40,006 bases of DNA. It comes from a virus (Duplodnaviria; Caudoviricetes). Below are positions 35,449 through 40,006 of the stretch, piece by piece. Location: the IMG/VR virus record IMGVR_UViG_3300049913_000010, positions 1 through 40,006 of that record; one strand, 5' to 3'. Made by a program: the position numbers and the translations under genes. Under the pieces are notes generated by a model, which made no database searches, was not told the DNA's origin, and was given only the letters and a program-made list of their open reading frames with translations. The stretch's first letter is position 1. Every line of letters starts with the position of its first letter.

Positions 35449-37803
35449 ATGCCAGGAGAATACCGGATCGTCATCAAGGGACACGACGGGACACAGATTG
35501 GCGTCCTGCAACTGTACGAGTCGTTGACCTACCGCAAAGTCGTCAACGGGGTTGGCGAGGCGGTGCTGGTCGCCAACTACGGAGCCAACCCCGCGACCGA
35601 CCTGCTGCTCGACCAGATCGTGACCGATACCATCCTGGAGGTCCAGCGGCGGGCCTCTCCTCTTCATCCCTGGATTGTAGACTGGATCGGCTTCCACCGC
35701 AAGCCCGACACGAACATAACCGACGTAGCGACCAAGCGAAAAACGTGGGGGTTCTACGACGCCAACCACCTGCTTCGCCGGAGAATCATCAAGCCGCCGG
35801 CGGACGGGTATGCCTATGGCGAGGGGCGCAAGGCCGGGTCGGATCGCTGGCTGGCAACCGGCATCCTGCCAAACATGTTGCGCGATCTGGTGCGCTGGCA
35901 GTGCGTCTACCCGGAAGACCCGTGGCGCGTGGTCAGTGGTCTGTATGTCCAGGACAACGAGGTAGCGGTCAGCGGGGGCGGGCTGCCCGGCCTGGTCTAC
36001 GACGCCGGCTTGATTTCCAATGCCGTGTTTTGCTCAAAAATATGGCTGAACGATCTGTTCGCCGGGCTCGACATCGGGGCATTCAACGAGTTGATCCGCA
36101 CCCCAGACGGGGATACCTGGACCGTCCAGGCCGTCGACATAAACATGGCGGGCATATATGCCCTGGAAACCTTTGACGACGGGCCAGGCGAGCGGATGTA
36201 TGCCGGCTGTGGCCTCCAGGTTCTTACCGGGTGGAGCGAGGTGTGGCGCTCCGACATCGGCTCGCCCACGGGATGGACAAACGTGCTAGACCCCGCTGAC
36301 CGATACGCGGTTATGGCCCTGTGCGTTCACGGCGGCCAGATATACGCCGGATTCGGCGGCGGGGCATATTACAGCGGGGGCATGTTCTACGGCCAGGGGG
36401 ACATCTACCGATCCGCGAGCGGGGCCGCGGCGACCTGGGCGCAAGTGTTCGCTCCGGGCAGCGGCATGGGCCTGGGGGGCCTGTACGGATACACTCAGGG
36501 GTTGATCTCCTGGGGGGGCTTCATCTATGCCGCTACCTCCTACGTGCAACCCGCCTTCATGCTGGACTTGTACTCCTACTGGACGGCGCGCGTCCTGCGC
36601 TCTCCGACCGGGAACGTGGGAACGTGGTCGGTGGTCCTGGACGTGGCGGGACCAAAAGAGCCGGTGACGCTGCCCGGAGGGTCTACCCAGCTTATGCACC
36701 AGAGCCTGGACGGCTTTTGCTGTTTCGCTGTGTTCGGCGCTTACCTGTATGCCGGCATGGGCGACCGCTTCCACCCGTTCGCCAAGCGGGGTCGGATTTA
36801 CCGCACCCTGGACGGCCTGACCTGGGTACAGGTGTTCGGCGACAACCTGATCGACCATCCCGAATACGCATCGCCGGGCGTCACGTCCTTAACCGTTCAC
36901 GGCGGGGCGCTGTGGGCCGGCATGGGAGGCGACGGCCAGAACGACGGGGCGGTGTGGTGGTCAGACGACGGGGTGACCTGGAACAAGTCATTTGACGGTC
37001 GGGGCTACGAGTACAACATCTGCCACACGCTGCTCAGCTTCAATACCAACCTGTACGCCGGCATGGGCTATGCACCCCTGTCCGGGGCGCGGGGATACTA
37101 CAGCGGCAACCCGACCGACATGGGCGATATATGGCGCATGACAATCGACGGCTGGGATGCCCCCGATTGGTTGCAAGACTCTGGCGGCCGCTGGCCCGAG
37201 CTGCTCGACATTCTGGGCGAATCTGCAAATGGAGTAGACGACTGCGACTTTGGCATCACGCCGGTCAATTACGGCGGCATCATCCAGGAGTGGCTATTCA
37301 GCGTCAAGCGTCCGTGCTGGGGGACAGACCGCCGCTCCACCTCGCCAAGTCCGACCATCTTCTCCATCAACCGGGGAAACATGGCCGATCCGGTCTACGT
37401 CATCGACAGGTCCAACACGGCCACAGCGGTCTACGTGACCCAGATTGGCGAGGGGCAAAACCGGGAGAGCCGTGAGTTTGTTGACGTGGTCGAAATGAGC
37501 CTGTCGCCCTGGAATCGCATCGAGGCTGTCGGGGACCTGCAAGGGATCGACTCACCGGGAGAGATGTACGTCCAGGCCCAGCAGCTGGTCGAGGAGCTTG
37601 GGCCAAAGAAAGCATTTTCATTTGTGCCGCTGGAGACACCGGCGACTCGCTACGGGGTAGAATGGAATCACGGCGACTTGGTTACGGCATACTTTGACGG
37701 CTTGGCGTTTCACTGCAAAATCATGGAGGTAGTGGTCACGCTGGACAACAATGCCGGAGTCGAGCAGATCAGGCCCACGTTCAAGTTGCTGGAGGTGATA
37801 TGA
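35449..37803 (+). CDS. Siphovirus Gp37/Tal-like baseplate hub with an inserted Asp-box propeller
   Basis: N-terminal LTYRKVVNGVG; C-terminal GEGQNR, SPWNRIE, RYGVEWNHGDLVT; central repeats such as RTLDGLTW and WSDDGVTW. Confidence 0.7.
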   Translation: MPGEYRIVIKGHDGTQIGVLQLYESLTYRKVVNGVGEAVLVANYGANPATDLLLDQIVTDTILEVQRRASPLHPWIVDWIGFHRKPDTNITDVATKRKTWGFYDANHLLRRRIIKPPADGYAYGEGRKAGSDRWLATGILPNMLRDLVRWQCVYPEDPWRVVSGLYVQDNEVAVSGGGLPGLVYDAGLISNAVFCSKIWLNDLFAGLDIGAFNELIRTPDGDTWTVQAVDINMAGIYALETFDDGPGERMYAGCGLQVLTGWSEVWRSDIGSPTGWTNVLDPADRYAVMALCVHGGQIYAGFGGGAYYSGGMFYGQGDIYRSASGAAATWAQVFAPGSGMGLGGLYGYTQGLISWGGFIYAATSYVQPAFMLDLYSYWTARVLRSPTGNVGTWSVVLDVAGPKEPVTLPGGSTQLMHQSLDGFCCFAVFGAYLYAGMGDRFHPFAKRGRIYRTLDGLTWVQVFGDNLIDHPEYASPGVTSLTVHGGALWAGMGGDGQNDGAVWWSDDGVTWNKSFDGRGYEYNICHTLLSFNTNLYAGMGYAPLSGARGYYSGNPTDMGDIWRMTIDGWDAPDWLQDSGGRWPELLDILGESANGVDDCDFGITPVNYGGIIQEWLFSVKRPCWGTDRRSTSPSPTIFSINRGNMADPVYVIDRSNTATAVYVTQIGEGQNRESREFVDVVEMSLSPWNRIEAVGDLQGIDSPGEMYVQAQQLVEELGPKKAFSFVPLETPATRYGVEWNHGDLVTAYFDGLAFHCKIMEVVVTLDNNAGVEQIRPTFKLLEVI

Positions 37804-38399
37804 GCGACGACCTCGGAGACATCCTGCAATCTGCGCTCAAGACCATATCAAAACTAAACGACCGGGTGGAGACCCTGGAGGCGCAAAGTCGGGCATCCGG
37901 CAACCAGGACTGGGGCGCGCCGTCTACGATGGGATGGGTACACCCGACCTCGCCGCCGTCTACGTTGGTCACGGTCGAGCGGGGGCTATACTGGGCCTAC
38001 TACATCAACAGCTATACGTGCCTGACGGAAATAACGCCCTATGGCTGGCAGACCCAGAATGTCGAGGTTTCGGGCGCGGTGTTCACCAGTCCCTACTATT
38101 TCCAGTTCTGCATCCTGTTGTACTACCCCGGCGGGTTTGTCTTTCATTGGGGCGCCGCAGACGGGTTCTATGAGGCGGAGACCTATGAAGAGTGCCTGGC
38201 CGACTTGGAGTATTCGCTGACGAATGGAATGCTGAGCATGGGAAGCGTAGACCCCTACATCCCGTTGTGTGCGCTCATCGTCCGCGACGACAACGCCGGG
38301 GGGGTAATGCCGGTGACGCTCCACGACAGGAGCCAGAGTTCCATTGCGATCCGCGACCTGCGGCCCTGGTTCACAGCCATGTACGGAGATTGCTCGTGA
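37800..38399 (+). CDS. Minor tail protein/hypothetical
   Basis: N-terminal short coiled coil (ISKLNDRVETLE) typical of the gene after the hub. Confidence 0.55.
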   Translation: MSDDLGDILQSALKTISKLNDRVETLEAQSRASGNQDWGAPSTMGWVHPTSPPSTLVTVERGLYWAYYINSYTCLTEITPYGWQTQNVEVSGAVFTSPYYFQFCILLYYPGGFVFHWGAADGFYEAETYEECLADLEYSLTNGMLSMGSVDPYIPLCALIVRDDNAGGVMPVTLHDRSQSSIAIRDLRPWFTAMYGDCS

Positions 38400-39016
38400 T
38401 CTACTACATCGCCAGAACGCTGGGAGCGACGGCGCGGGGGGTTGGGATTCTGCGCAAGCTGGGGAGCGGGACACTGGTCACGCCCTGGCCACAGATCGCG
38501 CGCCTTGAGCGCATCCCCTGGTTCGGAGGGATACCCGCTGGGCTGCCTGGAGATGTGCTGGTATTCGACGGGGTTGCAGTCAAGATGCTCCGGGCCGGGC
38601 GGTCTATCGCCCTCTACAAGCCCGGCAGCAAGGGGCCGGCGGCGGACCTCGCCATCTCCTTGGAGCGCCCGGTGTTGGCCCGGGATAGGTCAGAACTCGA
38701 CCTTAGCAGGGCCGACAAGTGGTGGCGAACGCCGCTCAGGGACTGGCGGCGGTCGGTCGGTCCCCGAGTGGTGGTATTCGAGGACGTGCCGAAGGTCCGC
38801 AACCTGGAGGTTGTCGGAGGGACCCTGGCGGAGATCCACCTTGCCGCTCCTGACGGCCGGTTCGTGTCACCGTTCCCGCCCGATCATTTCTACTGGCCGG
38901 CCCAGGCAGTGATAGCCACGGCTGACACGGTGACGGGCGGTGGACAGGTGCAAGCCGAGGCCGTCGGAGAGAACTATGCCACGGAGATCGCCGAGGAGAT
39001 AGCGCGGTGGCTGTGA
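38396..39016 (+). CDS. Hypothetical protein
   Basis: GTGA overlaps at both ends; about 206 aa. Confidence 0.5.
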   Translation: MIYYIARTLGATARGVGILRKLGSGTLVTPWPQIARLERIPWFGGIPAGLPGDVLVFDGVAVKMLRAGRSIALYKPGSKGPAADLAISLERPVLARDRSELDLSRADKWWRTPLRDWRRSVGPRVVVFEDVPKVRNLEVVGGTLAEIHLAAPDGRFVSPFPPDHFYWPAQAVIATADTVTGGGQVQAEAVGENYATEIAEEIARWL

Positions 39017-39633
39017 ACGGGATCATCCTGGTGGCCTACGGCGAAAAGTACCTGACCGAGCTCGGGCCATGCAGGGCGCGGATCGAGGCGGTATGGCCGG
39101 ACGTGGCGATTCACGTTTTCCAGAGTGAGCAGGAAACCGATCCGCACATGCTATGCAAGATCGACTCCATCCTGGCGTCACCATTCGAGCGGACGATATT
39201 CATGGACTGCGACTGCTACCTGGTCGAGCCGATTCCAGAACTCTTCGAGATGCTGGATCACTTCGACATTGCCATGCCACAGGAGAATTACCGGGAGTTG
39301 TACTCCATAGATGTCCCGGGTTGCTTCCGCGAGTACAATGCCGGGCTGATAGCCTGGAAGGGGTGCGATGACCTGTTCACAGACTGGCGGCGGCGGTTCT
39401 TGCAAGACAACGCCACGCGCCAGCAAGACAGGATGCCCCGCTGGTTTCCGTGCCAGCCGTCCTTGAGAGAAGCGTTATACTACAGCGGCGCGCGGCTTGC
39501 CACCTTGCCGGTCGAGTACAATTGGCGCGGGATTGGTTATGTCAAAACTGCGGTCAAGATTGTTCATCGGCACGGCGGGGCCGAAAGGGAAGCGATCCGC
39601 ATTAACGCTAAGATCGGGAGGATTCGACAGTGA
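39013..39633 (+). CDS. GT-A nucleotide-diphospho-sugar transferase (GT8/GT77-like)
   Basis: K....SPFERTIFMDCD (DxD), EYNAGLI, QPSLR, LPVEYN. Confidence 0.75.
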   Translation: MNGIILVAYGEKYLTELGPCRARIEAVWPDVAIHVFQSEQETDPHMLCKIDSILASPFERTIFMDCDCYLVEPIPELFEMLDHFDIAMPQENYRELYSIDVPGCFREYNAGLIAWKGCDDLFTDWRRRFLQDNATRQQDRMPRWFPCQPSLREALYYSGARLATLPVEYNWRGIGYVKTAVKIVHRHGGAEREAIRINAKIGRIRQ

Positions 39634-40006
39634 CCGCCGTGCTGATCGCCGCGCTGTCGGTGCTCCAGACGATGCAGGGACAGGCGACCTATTACCGGCC
39701 CGGCCTGATGGAGCAGGTGGCCAGCAATCGAGGGGTGGACTTGAGCGGGTATGCCGGCGGCGTGGCCCTGAACGACTGCGGCGAGCTCGGGGCCCGGGTG
39801 TGGCTGGAGTGGGGACCGGGCGAGTTCACCGGGCCGCATAGGTCGGTTGATTGCGCCGAGGGTGCGGACCTGGCGAAACGGAAGGCCCAGGGCCGGGTCG
39901 TGGAGGTGGACGCCGATCTCGCGCGCGCGATGGGGTTCTACGGGGTAGGGCCGCGGTGGGTGGGGGTGTGGTTCAGGCCGCCGCCCGATATGCCGGTGTC
40001 CTATTG
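39630..40006 (+). CDS. RlpA-like double-psi beta-barrel protein, 3'-truncated
   Basis: Manual translation: hydrophobic N-terminus, GQATYY, VAL..CGELG.RVWL, GP..SVDC, VVEVD...A; open to the window end. Confidence 0.55.
   Translation, partial: MTAVLIAALSVLQTMQGQATYYRPGLMEQVASNRGVDLSGYAGGVALNDCGELGARVWLEWGPGEFTGPHRSVDCAEGADLAKRKAQGRVVEVDADLARAMGFYGVGPRWVGVWFRPPPDMPVSY

Noticed and set aside
1-40006. tRNA, rRNA, integrase or transposase genes; stop-codon reassignment
   Set aside because: None recognised by eye; genes translate full-length with the standard code and all three stops are used. A tRNAscan-SE run would be needed to exclude tRNAs formally.

Overview
High-GC window from the packaging/morphogenesis (late) region of a tailed dsDNA phage or prophage with siphovirus-type tail genes. 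All credible genes are on the + strand and mostly translationally coupled. Order: terminase small (partial) and large subunits, portal, minor head protein, a sugar-modification cassette (GT4, NAD-dependent epimerase, PIG-L deacetylase, DNA methyltransferase, LpxD-like acyltransferase), small hypotheticals, a consensus sigma70 promoter with a structured double-terminator leader, three membrane/holin-like genes, protease/scaffold, Cys-rich major capsid, GT2-GT2-HhH fusion, DUF1360-like CxxC membrane protein, and a diversity-generating retroelement (DGR) remnant. The remnant has an Mtd/FGE-type target and an intact avd, but only a 21-bp template-repeat stub and no reverse transcriptase in the window. 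Then follow neck genes, a tail tube fused to Asp-box repeats, a tail chaperone with a probable +1 frameshift, tape measure, Dit, two paralogous fibre genes (the second broken at a G5 run), a Gp37/Tal-like protein, another glycosyltransferase and an RlpA-like protein (partial). Products were assigned by eye from motifs and synteny; no database searches were run. A Chloroflexota/Actinomycetota-type host is only a guess.
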